Source: an uncultured Actinomycetes bacterium
GTDB taxonomy: Bacteria > Actinomycetota > Acidimicrobiia > IMCC26256 > PALSA-610
NCBI GenBank assembly: GCA_963729375.1
Contig: CAVSNP010000008.1
Span: 164,392 to 228,391, forward strand
Length of the DNA stretch: 64,000 bases
Reading direction: 5' to 3'
Below the pieces are notes generated by a model, which ran no database searches, was not told the origin of the DNA, and saw only the letters and a program-made list of their open reading frames with translations. Below, one piece after another: positions 42,749 through 53,868 of this stretch. The translations under genes and the position numbers were made by a program. How positions within the stretch are numbered: the first letter of the stretch is position 1; every line of letters starts with the position of its first letter.

Positions 42749-43264
42749 CTACGACCGGTCGCGCGCCCGCTCGGCGGCCCAACCGACCCGTACGACCTCG
42801 ACCGGATCATGCAAGCCGGCAACGCTGATCATCCCGGCCGGCTCGACCGGTGTTCCCGGCGGGGCGAACCCCGCAAGCTCCGGTGTCGACAGGACCTCGG
42901 TCGCCTCGGCGACGCCCGCGAGCCGAGCGGCAAGGTTGACGCACCGCCCGGTGTAGTCGTCACCTTCGAGCAAGATCACCGCGCCGCCGGCCATTCCCGC
43001 ATGCATCTCGAGCGGAAGCGCGAGATCGCGTGTGAGCTGTTCGAGTTTGCACACTGCGGCGACGAGTTGCGTCGGCTCCACCGACACCAGCATGCAGCCG
43101 TCGCCCAGCCACTTGGCGATACGAACGCCGAAGTCCGTCGCGACCTGGCGTACCGCGCTGCGGAACAACGTCAGGACGCGTACCGACTCGTCATCGCCGT
43201 ACTCGTCGCCGAAGGACGTGAATCCGGAAAGGTCGACGAACGCGAACCACCGATCGACACGCAC
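42749..43264 (-). CDS. Stand-alone class III adenylate/guanylate cyclase domain
   Basis: FVDLSGFT, KWLGDG, DYTGRCVNLAARL motifs. Confidence 0.9.
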   Translation of the reverse strand: MRVDRWFAFVDLSGFTSFGDEYGDDESVRVLTLFRSAVRQVATDFGVRIAKWLGDGCMLVSVEPTQLVAAVCKLEQLTRDLALPLEMHAGMAGGAVILLEGDDYTGRCVNLAARLAGVAEATEVLSTPELAGFAPPGTPVEPAGMISVAGLHDPVEVVRVGWAAERARDRS

Positions 43265-43349
43265 GCCACATTGTCGCGCTCTTCGCCACCCCACCAAGGA
43301 TCCAGCCGGCCGGGTCGGACCTTGTCAGCGTACGATCTCGACGACCCGG

Positions 43350-44021
43350 TCAGAGGCTCGTGACGAACTCCACCACCGCGTTCGCGACTGCGTCGAGCGC
43401 GGCCGCGGCGGTGATCCCGCTCGCTTTGAGCGGCTTGAAACTGTGGTCGCCGGTGTCGACCCAGGACCACGTCACCGGCCCCTTCACCTTCTTCGCGTGA
43501 CGTTGCAACTCGGTCGGTGTGCCGAACGCGTCGCGGGTCCCGCTGACAAACAGGACCGGGACCGCGAGACGCGCGAAGTGCTCGACGCGCAGCTGATCGG
43601 GCCTTCCGGGTGGATGCAACGGATACCCGAGGAGTACCAGCCCGAGCGCCGGGGTCCCTTCGGCGACCACGATCGACGCGATGCGTCCGCCCATCGAACG
43701 GCCACCCAGCACGAGCCGTTCAGGCGGCACCTTGGAACGCCGCGCCAGGTCTCCCGCTGCGTCACGTACCGCCGCGCCAAGCACCGGAGCGCGGTCGGGC
43801 GCGCGTCTGCCCGCGCTCCGGTAGGGGAAGTCGAACCGCAACGACGGAACACCTGCCGCGGCCAAGGCGTCCGCGACGACGGTCAAGGCCGTGGCGTGCA
43901 TGTCGGCGCCTGCGCCATGCGCCAGCAACACCGCGTGGTCCGCGCCGCGCTTGGGGCCCCGGTATCCGTCGTCGGGATGCGCACCGCCGGCAGATTCCGC
44001 ACTCAACGCGGGAACACCCAT
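43350..44021 (-). CDS. Alpha/beta hydrolase (start uncertain)
   Basis: LAHGAGA, GGRSMGGR, LGYPLHPPG, GTRDAFG, GDHSF motifs. Confidence 0.88.
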   Translation of the reverse strand: MGVPALSAESAGGAHPDDGYRGPKRGADHAVLLAHGAGADMHATALTVVADALAAAGVPSLRFDFPYRSAGRRAPDRAPVLGAAVRDAAGDLARRSKVPPERLVLGGRSMGGRIASIVVAEGTPALGLVLLGYPLHPPGRPDQLRVEHFARLAVPVLFVSGTRDAFGTPTELQRHAKKVKGPVTWSWVDTGDHSFKPLKASGITAAAALDAVANAVVEFVTSL

Positions 44022-45820
44022 CTCCGCAAGAATGCGTCGATCCGATCGAAGTCGTCGGCGATCGTTGCCGACCGGCGCCAACCGTGCCCCTCGCCTTCGT
44101 ACACGTGGCGTTCGACCGGCACCCCCGCGGTTCGCAACGCCGACGCGATCGCCTCAGACTGCGCGAGCGGAACCGACGTGTCGGCGCTGCCGTGCAGGAG
44201 CAACACGGGCGCGCGAATCTCGGACGCGGCACGACACCGGCGAACGATCGCGGTACGTGTCGAACGCCGCGGGGAGGGGACCAACGAGACGTAACGTGTA
44301 TCCAGACTCGAATCGGTGCGTGGTCGCCGCGAGGTCGACGAGGTCGCAGACCGGATACACGGCAACCACGGCGTGCACGAGATCCGGATGCCGAGCCGCG
44401 ACGAGCAGGGCGGTCATGCCGCCTGCGCTCCCGCCGACGATAGCGACACGAGCCGTATCGGCCCACCCTTCCTTGTCGGCGTGACGGATACCCGCCGCGA
44501 CGTCGGCGACGTCGCGTTCACCCCAATACCCCGCGAGCGCCTGCGCGTAGGGCCGCCCGTACCCACTTGAACCTCGATAGTCGGGCTGCAGCACCGTCCA
44601 ACCGCGCTGCACGAACGCCTGCACACGCACCGACCAGTCCGCCAGGGCCTGACTTGTCGGGCCGCCGTGCACGAGCACGACGAGCGGCCGCGGGCTTCGT
44701 TCGGTCGACGTCCCGTCGCCGGCGCGCCACAGCAGGCCATGCACGGTCGCGCTCCCGGACTTCCAGCGGACAGCTCGCGGCTCGACGAGGCCAGTCGCCT
44801 CGAAGCCGCCGACCGGTCCGCGGGCCAGCGCCCACCGGCGCGAACCGTTCGCTGCGAGCACGACCACCTGCGGCGGCGTCACCGCGCCCGAACGAACACA
44901 CGCAATGCCGCCCGGACCCCAATCGAGCCCACGGTGCCATCCTTTCGAGAGTTCGCCGCGCGGAACGTTTGGTGGGCGCCGCGATCACCAGCCGGCCGAA
45001 ACCTTCCTCGTTGCGGCACCACGCGAGCTCGGAGCTGTCGGGCGACCAGGCGTAGGAACGTTGTCCAGAATCCCACGCCGGCTCGGCATGCTCACGCGGC
45101 TCGGACAAGACCGCGCGTGCGTTGGCGCCGTCGGGGTCGGCGACCCACAATGCGGGCCAACCGTCCGCGTCTGACACGAACGCAAGGTGCGCACCGTCGG
45201 GCGAGAAACGCGGCTGACTCGCCGCGACCGCGTCGCCACCAATTTTAATTCTGTGTTCGCCTTCCGGGTTGTTCTCATCTCGGATCACCACGCGAGACGC
45301 TGTCCCACGGCATGTCGGGCAGATCCCATTCGTGCCACGCGAGCAGCGCACCGTCGGGCGACCACGCAGGATCCCATGCGTAGTCGGCGCGCGAGACACG
45401 AACCGGCCATGTCGAACCGTCGAGGGGTACCACTGCGATATCGCACGCGTCGTCACGTTCGATCGCGCACGCGACCTGTCCGCGAGCCGAAACCGCCGGC
45501 GCACGCGCCCGTCCGTCACGGGTGAGCTCGCGTTGGGCGACGCCGTCGACCGCCAGCGCCAGCAATCGACCGTCGGCCGCGACGACGACGACCTCGTCGT
45601 CTCCGGCCCAACACCATCCTCCGCCGAGCGCGCAGCCCGCAGTGACAACAACCGGCGGGGTCGCCCCGTCGGCCGCCGCGACGACGAGGTCGACCCGACC
45701 GTCGAAGCTGTCTGTCCAGCCGAGCCGGTCGCCCCTCGGCGACCAGCGGGGATCGCCCACCCCGTGGGACCGGGCGAGCATCGCCCCGGTGATCTGGGCG
45801 GCAGTGGTCCGGGCGCTCAC
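44003..45820 (-). CDS. S9 prolyl oligopeptidase-family peptidase, several frameshifts
   Basis: WSPDG beta-propeller repeats, HGGPT, DYRGSSGYG, GGSAGG, HGSAD, EGEGHG motifs. Confidence 0.9.
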
Positions 45821-45938
45821 CCGGTCGACGCTAGCCCTCGGCCGCTTCCCCCAACTTGTCTCGACAGCCCGCGACCCGCCTGAGTCCTCAGTGGTGAGTT
45901 TGCGGCGGGCGGAGCCCGCCCTCCATCCTGGTCATTAC

Positions 45939-47241
45939 ATGTCTGATCGTCCGGTCCCCCTGCCGCGCCCCGGCGATCCTTTGCGTATCGCCTTCCTCAT
46001 CTACCGAGGCAACCCGCATTGCGGCGGCCAGGGCGTCTACAGCCGTCACCTCACACGCGAGCTGGCCGCGTTGGGCCACACGGTCACCATGTTCGCCGGT
46101 CAGCCGTGGCCGGTCGCCGACGATCCGGTCGTCCTCGAAAAAATCCCCGGACTTGACCTGTACCGCCGCGACAATCCGTTCCGGGTTCCGTGGCCGTACG
46201 AGTTCCGGACCGTCGACGATGTACGCGAATTCGCGATCATGTGCAGCGCCGGGTTCCCCGAACCGTACGCGTTCAGCCAGCGCGTGTACAAGGCGCTGCG
46301 CAACCGACGCGACCAGTTCGACCTCGTGCACGACAACCAATGTCTCGGTCGCGGACTGCTCGGATTCTTACGCGACGACTGGCCGTTGCTCAATACCCTG
46401 CACCACCCAATCACCGTCGACCGCGATCTCGACCTCGCGCACGCGAGCGGGCCGTGGCGGCGTCTGACCCTGCGGCGCTGGTACGGCTTTTTGCGCATGC
46501 AGATGAACGTCGCGCGCCAGGTGCCACGTCACATCACCGTGTCGGAGAATTCGAAGAAAGACATCGCGGCCCAGATGGGCGTCGATATCAACACGCTGCA
46601 TGTCGTACCCGTCGGCGTCGACCAGGAACAGTTCCGTCCCCTCCCCCACGTTGCGCGCGTGCCGGGTCGGATGTTGACGACCGCGAGCGCCGATGTCCCG
46701 CTGAAAGGTCTCACGTATCTCATCGAGGCGTTGGCGAAGGTTCGTACCGAACGCGACGACGCGCACCTCGTCGTGATCGGCCAACCGCGCCACAAAAGTG
46801 CGGTGCCGGCACAGCTCGACAGGCTTGGGCTCACCGACGCGGTGCAGTTCGTGAGCGGGATCACCGACGAGCGGGTTGTCGAACTCTACGCAGAGGCCGA
46901 GATCGCCGTCGTGCCTTCGTTGTACGAAGGTTTCTCTCTCCCGGCGATCGAGGCGATGGCCTGCGGCGTGCCGTTGGTGACCACGACGGGAGGCGCACTT
47001 CCGGAGGTCGTCGGACCTTCCGGCGGCTGTGCGATGACGGTACCGACCGGCGACGCCGGCGCGCTGGCACACCAACTCGTGCAGACCCTCAACGACACCG
47101 ATCAGCGTGCCCGTCTCGGCGAGGGCGGCCGCCGACGGGTGCTCGACCGGTTCACGTGGCGTAAAACCGCACAGGGCACCGCCGAGCAATACCACCACGA
47201 GCTCGAAGCGCACGCCGCGGCGGCGCTTCGACGCGGCATAG
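45939..47241 (+). CDS. GT4 glycosyltransferase (3' end approximate because of a frameshift)
   Basis: YRGNPHCGGQGVY, HDNQC, HHPITVDR, PLKGL, PSLYEGFSLPAIEAMACG motifs. Confidence 0.9.
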
Positions 47242-47244
47242 CCG

Positions 47245-47995
47245 ATGTTAACGGTCGACTTCCGCCGGCTCCAGCTCGCGTCGGGCGAGCGTCTCCTCGA
47301 TCTCGGCTCCGGTGGCGGTCGCCACGCGTTCCAAGCCATGCGGCTCGGCGCGCGGGTCACCGCGCTCGACTCCTCCGCCTCGAATCTCAAAGACGTCGCC
47401 GCGGTCGCGGGGGCGATGCTCGAGGCGGGAGAGGCCGAACGCGACCAGTGGGCCGGCGTCGTGAACGGCGATGCGCTCGACCTCCCGTTCCCGGACGAAG
47501 CCTTCGACCGCGTCATCATCTCCGAGGTCCTCGAGCACATCTGGGACGATGAACGTGCGCTGGTCGAGATCGTGCGGGTGCTCCGGCCGGGAGGCCGTCT
47601 CGCGGCGACGGTACCGACCCGGTGGCCCGAACGCGTCTCGTGGGCGATCAACGATCGGTATCACGACGCGCCAGGCGCCCACGTGCGCATCTACCGGCAA
47701 CACGAGCTCGAATTTGAAGGTCGAGCGTGCGGGATGTTTCCTGCGCGGCTCGCACCACGCGCACGCGTTCCACTCGCCGTACTGGTGGCTGAAGTGCGCG
47801 TACGGGCTCGACAACCCCGACGCCGCGCTCGTGAAGCGTTACCACGAGTTCCTCTGTCACCTGATCGAACACAATCCGCGGTGGGCGCGGCTCACCGAAC
47901 GGGCACTCAACCCAGTGCTCGGTAAAAGCCTCGTCGTGTACGGCGAGAAAGTCCCGGCAACCGCCGCGAAGTGGGCGAAGCGCAGCCTTGGCTGA
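47245..47995 (+). CDS. Class I SAM-dependent methyltransferase, frameshift near 47715
   Basis: MLTVDF, LDLGSGGGRHAF, GDALDLPF, SEVLEH, HSPYWWLKC motifs. Confidence 0.9.
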
Positions 47996-49105
47996 TCGTT
48001 CCCTGCCTCACGTCGCCGGCATCCTGACCGGCGCGCAGATCCTCACCACGATCGACGCGATCGCGTCGGTGCAACAGCCCGACGGCAACATCCCTTGGGT
48101 TCCGGGCGGCCACACCGATCCGTGGAATCTCGTGGAGGCCGCGATGGCGCTCGACGTCGGCGGGCGTTTCGCCCAAGCCGAGCGCGCCTACGACTGGCTG
48201 CCGCGATGCAGCACCCGACCGGCTCGTGGCATGCCTACTATGCGGGCGACGCCGTGAAGGAGCACACGCTCGACACCAACGTCACCTGTTACGTCGCCAA
48301 CGGCGTATGGCACCACTATCTCGCGACCGGCGACACCGGTTTCCTCGACGAGCTCTTCCCGACGGTAGAACGCGCCATCGACTTCGCCCTCGACCACCAA
48401 CATCCGACCGGCGAGATCGAATGGGACGCGGATCCGCAACGCGGCGACGGCAAGGGCGCACTACTCACCGGATCGTCGAGCATCTACTCGTCGTTGCGCT
48501 GCGCGATCGCCGCCGCCGAACGACTCGGACGCGACCGCCCCGACTGGGAGCTCTCGCTCGGCTCGTTGGCGATCGCGATCGCGCATCGACCTGAGCGTTT
48601 CCTCGACAAGGAACGCTGGGCGATGGATTGGTACTACCCGATCCTGGCCGGCGTCCTCCGCGGGAACGCCGCCGAGGCCCGCATCGCGTTGCGGTGGGAC
48701 ACCTTCGTGGCGTCGGGTCGGGGTGTGCGTTGCGTTTCCGATCAGCCGTGGATCACCGCGGCAGAGACGTGCGAACTCGTGATGGCACTCGACGCGATCG
48801 GGCTGCACGACCGCGCCCATGATCTGTTCGCGTCGGTGCAGTTCTTGCGTCACGACGATGGCAGTTACTGGACGGGAATGAACTTCCCCGATGATCGCTT
48901 CGACGAGCCGGGCGACTACTACACGCCTGAGCAACCGACATGGAACAGCGCCGCGGTGGTCCTCGCCGCGAATGCGCTCGGCGGAACCGGCCCGACGTCG
49001 GGACTCTTCCGCGGCGAAGGTCTGCCTGCCGGCCTGACCGCGCAGGAGCTCATCGACGCAGGCGCCGCGATCGAAGCGGCCCGCGCCGAGCACGAGCCGC
49101 GCTGA
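47988..49105 (+). CDS. Prenyltransferase/(alpha/alpha)6-barrel-like protein, frameshift near 48200
   Basis: QW-like repeats QQPDGNIPW, QHPTGSW, QHPTGEIEW, RHDDGSYW; DPWNLVEAAMAL and MDWYYP motifs. Confidence 0.75.
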
Positions 49106-49135
49106 GCTGGCTGTCCGCGGCCACCACTCCTGCAG

Positions 49136-49588
49136 TCAGCGCGACCAGCCGACCTGCAAGATCACCGTGCATGCGATCGCAAGGAAGCACAACCCGTGGT
49201 CCACCAGGATCGTCCGGGCGAGCACGCTCTGGCGCGCGGGCGCGTCGATCTGCGCGCCGAGTCGAACCGCATTGCGAACGGTGCGCCCGGCCGCGAGACC
49301 GATCGCGGCTGTTGTCAAGGCCAGCGACGGGTACGCGACCCACGGGCCGACATCATGGCGGACGATCTCGCCGATCAGGCCGACGAGCGCGACGAACATG
49401 GTCGCGGCGACGAGTCGATTCATCGGTCGGGCGGTCGTGGTGACCCGCCGGTAATACGCGGCGATCGAGACAAGAACCTCGGGCGGGAGCTCGGCGTCGT
49501 GATGGCCGAGGCTCTGGACGTCGAACATCAGGTCGAACCACAACACGGCAAGCAAGAAGCCGAGACCGACGGCGGCGACGACACGCAT
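49136..49588 (-). CDS. Hypothetical 4-TM membrane protein
   Basis: GFLLAVLWFDLMFDVQ...IAAYYRRVT; hydrophobic; -10-like element just upstream. Confidence 0.75.
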   Translation of the reverse strand: MRVVAAVGLGFLLAVLWFDLMFDVQSLGHHDAELPPEVLVSIAAYYRRVTTTARPMNRLVAATMFVALVGLIGEIVRHDVGPWVAYPSLALTTAAIGLAAGRTVRNAVRLGAQIDAPARQSVLARTILVDHGLCFLAIACTVILQVGWSR

Positions 49589-49933
49589 CGGCGAAGTCTT
49601 ACCGGATGGCGGTCACTCACATCGCAGCGCCACCCCAGAATTGTCGCTGCCGCGGGACGAGCAGGTTGGACCCGACGAGATCCACGAGCGCGGCCGCGCA
49701 CGCAGCGCTCACCACCAACGCGAACACGTCATGCTCGGTGCCGGGCGCTGCACCAGGACCGGTCGCGACCAGACGCCGCCGCGTGCGTCCGAGATCGCCC
49801 CGCGCGTGTTTGCCGAGCCCGAGGCCGACGATCCCGAAGCGGCGACGAGCGCGTGGCTGACCGCCCGGAGCGCGACGCTCGTCAGCGTCGATGATGCCTG
49901 GCCCAGTGCGATCAGCAGGCGGTCCTTGACGCG

Positions 49934-50530
49934 GTGGCAAAGGTTCGCTATCTCCTGTGGGATTTCGGCGACACGCTGGTCGACCAGCGGTGGATGTGGC
50001 CCAGCCCGCCCGACGCTCCCGAATGGACCGCTCGCTATCGAGCATTGGCCGACAGCGAGCTCGACGCTCGGTCGAATCTCGGCGAGATGACCACCGAAGA
50101 ACTCGCGGCGGCGCTCACCGCCGGTCTCGGGATCTCCCTCGACGCGACGATGGCGCACATCAAGAATTGTTGTCGCAACGTCGGGTTCTTCGAGCACGCA
50201 TGGACCGCGGCACGGGCGCGCACGCTGCCGCAAGCGATCGTGACCGTGAACTCCGACGTCTTCAGCCGGTTCGTGGTCCCGAACTACGGGCTCGACTCGG
50301 TGTTCGAACGGATCGTGACCTCGTGGGAAGCAGGCACTCTCGACAAGACGCGTCTGTGCGAACTCGCGTTGGAACGGTTGGGTGGACGCGACCCGTCCGA
50401 GGCGCTCCTCATCGACAACAGCGAGGCCAACGTCGACGCCTGGCGATTGGTCGGCGGTCAGGCATACCTGTTCCGAGGTGACGAGCAGTTCGCGTGCGAC
50501 GGGCCGCTAACCCCGTCGAACGATGCGTAG
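49934..50530 (+). CDS. HAD-superfamily hydrolase-like protein
   Basis: LLWDFGDTL (motif I-like), Lys in motif III, LLIDNS (motif IV-like). Confidence 0.7.
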   Translation: MAKVRYLLWDFGDTLVDQRWMWPSPPDAPEWTARYRALADSELDARSNLGEMTTEELAAALTAGLGISLDATMAHIKNCCRNVGFFEHAWTAARARTLPQAIVTVNSDVFSRFVVPNYGLDSVFERIVTSWEAGTLDKTRLCELALERLGGRDPSEALLIDNSEANVDAWRLVGGQAYLFRGDEQFACDGPLTPSNDA

Positions 50531-51127
50531 GGAACCGGTTGTCGAGATTGGCGCGAAGCCGTCGGCGACCGCGCGCTGCCAGACATGGAACGGAGCTTGG
50601 CCGCCGTCGGCCGGGTCCTCGAACACGTCGTGAATCGCGAGAACGCCGCCCGGCGCGAGATGCGGCGACCATTCGGCATAGTCGGCCATCGCCACGTCTT
50701 CAGCGTGACCGCCGTCGATGAACACAAATCCGAGCGGCGTGCGCCACGCGCGCGCGACCGGTACGGAATACCCCACGACCGCGACCACGACGTCTTCGAG
50801 CCCTGCGGTCTGGATCGTGCGACGGAAAAACGGCAGCGTGTCCATCCGCCCAGTCTCGGGGTCGACGACCTCGGGATCGTGATGGTCCCAGCCGGCCTGG
50901 TTCTCCTCGGATCCGCGGTGGTGATCCACAGTGAAACACACGGTTCCGGCGGCGCGGGCGGCCGCACCGAGATACACGGCCGACTTGCCGCAATAGGTGC
51001 CGATCTCGAGTAACGGACCGCCCGCGCCTGCGGTGACACCGGCGTCGTGCAATGCCAATCCTTCGTCGTCGGGCATGAAGCCTCTCGCGGCGCGCGCCAC
51101 TTCGAGCAACTCGGCATCCATGGGCAT
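50507..51127 (-). CDS. Class I SAM-dependent methyltransferase (Methyltransf_24-like)
   Basis: GFMPDDEG, LEIGTYCGKS, VDHHRGSEENQ, FIDGGH, IHDVF motifs. Confidence 0.9.
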   Translation of the reverse strand: MPMDAELLEVARAARGFMPDDEGLALHDAGVTAGAGGPLLEIGTYCGKSAVYLGAAARAAGTVCFTVDHHRGSEENQAGWDHHDPEVVDPETGRMDTLPFFRRTIQTAGLEDVVVAVVGYSVPVARAWRTPLGFVFIDGGHAEDVAMADYAEWSPHLAPGGVLAIHDVFEDPADGGQAPFHVWQRAVADGFAPISTTGSLRIVRRG

Positions 51128-51137
51128 CTGGCGAAGA

Positions 51138-51393
51138 CTAGGCGAGCGCTCGTCGGACCGTGCTCACCAACGCGCGTTGTTCGGTCTTCGTCGTCGCCCG
51201 CGTCCGCTCGAAATCGTCGGCTTCGAATCGAACGTCGGCGTAGATGTCGTCGCCGTCGGCATGAAAATGCAGGCATGCGCCGCGAGCGTCGGTAGAACAC
51301 GCCGCGACTCTTCTCGGTCAACCCGTCGACAGTACGCAACTCCGCGAGCAGCGGCTCGATCCGATCGAGGTCCTCGTCGCGGGCGTGGCGCAC
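51138..51393 (-). CDS. Small hypothetical protein, frameshifted
   Basis: MRHARDEDLDRIEPLLAELR..TEKSRGVFYRRSR continues in another frame as LHFHADGDDIYADVR. Confidence 0.65.
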
Positions 51394-51408
51394 GGTGACG
51401 TTCGCCGA

Positions 51409-53040
51409 TCAGATCCGGGGCTGTTCGACCCAACGGCCGAACACCGAAGCGAGCGCGTCGACGATCTCGCCGAGCGTCGCGTACGAGCGCGCCGCGTCGA
51501 GCAGGGCCGGCATCAGGTTGACGGTCGGTTCGCGAGCATCGGTGCGTACGCGGGCAAGCGAGCGTTCGACGGCATCTCGGTCGCGTTCGTCGCGCACCTT
51601 CTGCAGGCGGCGACGCTGCTCCTCTTCGACCTCCGGTCCGATGCGCAGCGTCTCGGGCGGCGGCTCGTCGTTGCCCTCGACGAATGCGTTCACGCCGACG
51701 ACCACGTGCCGGCCCGCGTTGAGCTTACGTTCGAGCTGATACGCCGAATCCGCGATCGCGGACTGGTACCAGCCCTCCTCCACGCCGCGTATGGCGCCGT
51801 CGAGCATCGAACCTGAACCCATCGCATCGATCCGGGCGAAGATCGCCTCCGCCTGTCGTTCGAGCTCGTCGGTGAGGGCCTCCACGTACCACGAACCACC
51901 GAGCGGATCGGCCACGTTCGCGACGCGTGCCTCGCTCGACAACACTTGCTGTGTACGCAACGCGATGCGAGCGGCACGCTCGGTCGGCAGCGCCAGCGTT
52001 TCGTCCATCGAGTTCGTGTGCAGACTCTGCGTTCCGCCCAGCACCCCCGCCAACGCCTCGATCGCGGTGCGTACGATGTTGACCTCGGGCTGTTGGGCGG
52101 TCAACGACACGCCCGCGGTCTGGGTGTGAAACCGCATCTGCAGTGATCGCTCGTGCTGGGCGTGGTAACGATCTCGGAGCCAGCGAGCCCAGATGCGACG
52201 CGCGGCGCGGTACTTGGCGATCTCTTCGAAGAAGTCGATGTGCGCGTTGAAGAAGAACGACAGACGCGGCGCGAACGCGTCGATGTCGAGTCCGGACTGC
52301 AATCCGAGCTCGACGTACGCGAAGCCGTTGGCGACCGTGAAGGCGAGTTCTTCAGCCGCGGTCGATCCGGCCTCGCGGATGTGATAACCAGAAATCGACA
52401 AGGGGTGCCAACGCGGCATATCGGCCGTGCAGAACCGGATCGTGTCGGCAACGAGCCGTAGCGACGGACGAGGCGGGAAGATGAACTCCTTCTGGGCCTG
52501 ATACTCCTTCAGGATGTCGTTTTGTAGCGTGCCGCCCAATCGGGCACGCGGGACACCGGACGCCTCGGCGTTCGCGACGTACATCGCGAAGATCACCGCG
52601 GCCGGGCCGTTGATCGTCATCGACGTCGTGACCGCGCCCAGGTCGACGCCGCGGTAGAGGTCGGACATGTCGGCCAACGTGTCGACCGCGACGCCGCACT
52701 TGCCAACCTCGCCCAGCGCGATCTCGTCGTCAGAGTCGCGGCCCATGAGCGTCGGCAGGTCGAATGCGGTCGACAGTCCGTCGCCGCCGGCGGCGAGCAG
52801 ATCGTGGAATCGACGGTTCGTATCGAGCGCAGTCCCGAAACCGGCGAACATACGCATCGTCCACAGCTTCGACCGGTACATCGACGCGTGAGGTCCCCGC
52901 GTGTACGGGTATTGGCCGGGGTACTCGCCGTCGTCGGGTCCGTATACCGCGTCGACGGCCACTCCCGACATCGTGGAGAAGTCGGCGTCGCGGGCAACGG
53001 TCTTCTCGAATGCCTCCTGCCACTCGTCGCGCCGTGTCAC
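51409..53040 (-). CDS. icmA: B12-dependent acyl-CoA mutase large subunit, isobutyryl-CoA-mutase type
   Basis: WTMRMFAGFG, STAFDLPT, GTLQNDILKEYQAQKE, SISGYHIREAG, HTQTAG; no B12-binding domain. Confidence 0.8.
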   Translation of the reverse strand: MTRRDEWQEAFEKTVARDADFSTMSGVAVDAVYGPDDGEYPGQYPYTRGPHASMYRSKLWTMRMFAGFGTALDTNRRFHDLLAAGGDGLSTAFDLPTLMGRDSDDEIALGEVGKCGVAVDTLADMSDLYRGVDLGAVTTSMTINGPAAVIFAMYVANAEASGVPRARLGGTLQNDILKEYQAQKEFIFPPRPSLRLVADTIRFCTADMPRWHPLSISGYHIREAGSTAAEELAFTVANGFAYVELGLQSGLDIDAFAPRLSFFFNAHIDFFEEIAKYRAARRIWARWLRDRYHAQHERSLQMRFHTQTAGVSLTAQQPEVNIVRTAIEALAGVLGGTQSLHTNSMDETLALPTERAARIALRTQQVLSSEARVANVADPLGGSWYVEALTDELERQAEAIFARIDAMGSGSMLDGAIRGVEEGWYQSAIADSAYQLERKLNAGRHVVVGVNAFVEGNDEPPPETLRIGPEVEEEQRRRLQKVRDERDRDAVERSLARVRTDAREPTVNLMPALLDAARSYATLGEIVDALASVFGRWVEQPRI

Positions 53041-53067
53041 CCGGTCAGTTTACAAGCCGCGCCTGGC

Positions 53068-53868
53068 TCACAAACCGAGCAGATTCGTGACGCCGTGATC
53101 GCGCCCGGCGGTGTAGCCGCCGTCGACCGCGATCGCCTGTCCGGTCACGAATGACGCGTCGCCCGAGACGAGGAAGGCAGCAACCGCGGCGATCTCTTCG
53201 GGTCGACCGAGTCGCCGGAGCTTGTGCTCTTCGCGAATCTCGTCGCGGATCGTTTCCAGTCCGGGCATCCCGAACACGCCTTCGAGCATGGGTGTCTCGA
53301 TGAAACCCGGACAGATCACGTTCGAGCGGATGCCGGCCCGCCCGTAGTCGATCGCGAGGTTCTTGGTGAAGATGACGACCGCACCCTTCGACGCGTTGTA
53401 CGAACTCCCGCCCGCGGTGCCTTCGAGACCTTCGACACTCGCGATCGTCACGAGGCTGCCGCGTTCGCCTTCGACGAGGGACTGTTCGAGCATTCGTGCG
53501 ATCGCGTGTTTGCACACCAAGAACGTGCCGGTCAGGTTCACGTCGAGCACGTGCTGCCAATCGCCGCGATCAACGAGATGTGCGGGTCCACCACCGGCGA
53601 TGCCTGCGGCGGTGACGACCGCGTCGAGACGGCCGTGCTCGGCGATTGCGGCGTCGACTGCGCCCGCGATCGCGGACTCGTCGCGAACGTCGGCGACGAC
53701 GAACGAGACGTCGGGCGCACCGGCCGGAACGTCGACCGCGTGCTGCGGTTCGGAGCGGTCAAGACCAACCACCCGCGCGCCTTCGCGTACGAAGCGCGCG
53801 ACGCATGCGAGCCCGATGCCCGATGCGGCGCCCGTGACGAGCGCCACCTTGCCTTCCAGGCTTCCCAT
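53068..53868 (-). CDS. SDR-family oxidoreductase
   Basis: TGAASGIG, YNASK, PGFIET, VDGG motifs. Confidence 0.93.
   Translation of the reverse strand: MGSLEGKVALVTGAASGIGLACVARFVREGARVVGLDRSEPQHAVDVPAGAPDVSFVVADVRDESAIAGAVDAAIAEHGRLDAVVTAAGIAGGGPAHLVDRGDWQHVLDVNLTGTFLVCKHAIARMLEQSLVEGERGSLVTIASVEGLEGTAGGSSYNASKGAVVIFTKNLAIDYGRAGIRSNVICPGFIETPMLEGVFGMPGLETIRDEIREEHKLRRLGRPEEIAAVAAFLVSGDASFVTGQAIAVDGGYTAGRDHGVTNLLGL

Noticed and set aside
45522-47552. 676-aa GT4 ORF with long N- and C-terminal extensions
   Set aside because: The N-terminal part is antisense to the S9 peptidase, and the C-terminal part is out-of-frame read-through into the methyltransferase.
49600-49930. Possible membrane-protein remnant between the 4-TM gene and the HAD-like gene
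   Set aside because: Only short hydrophobic patches in different frames; no recognisable family.
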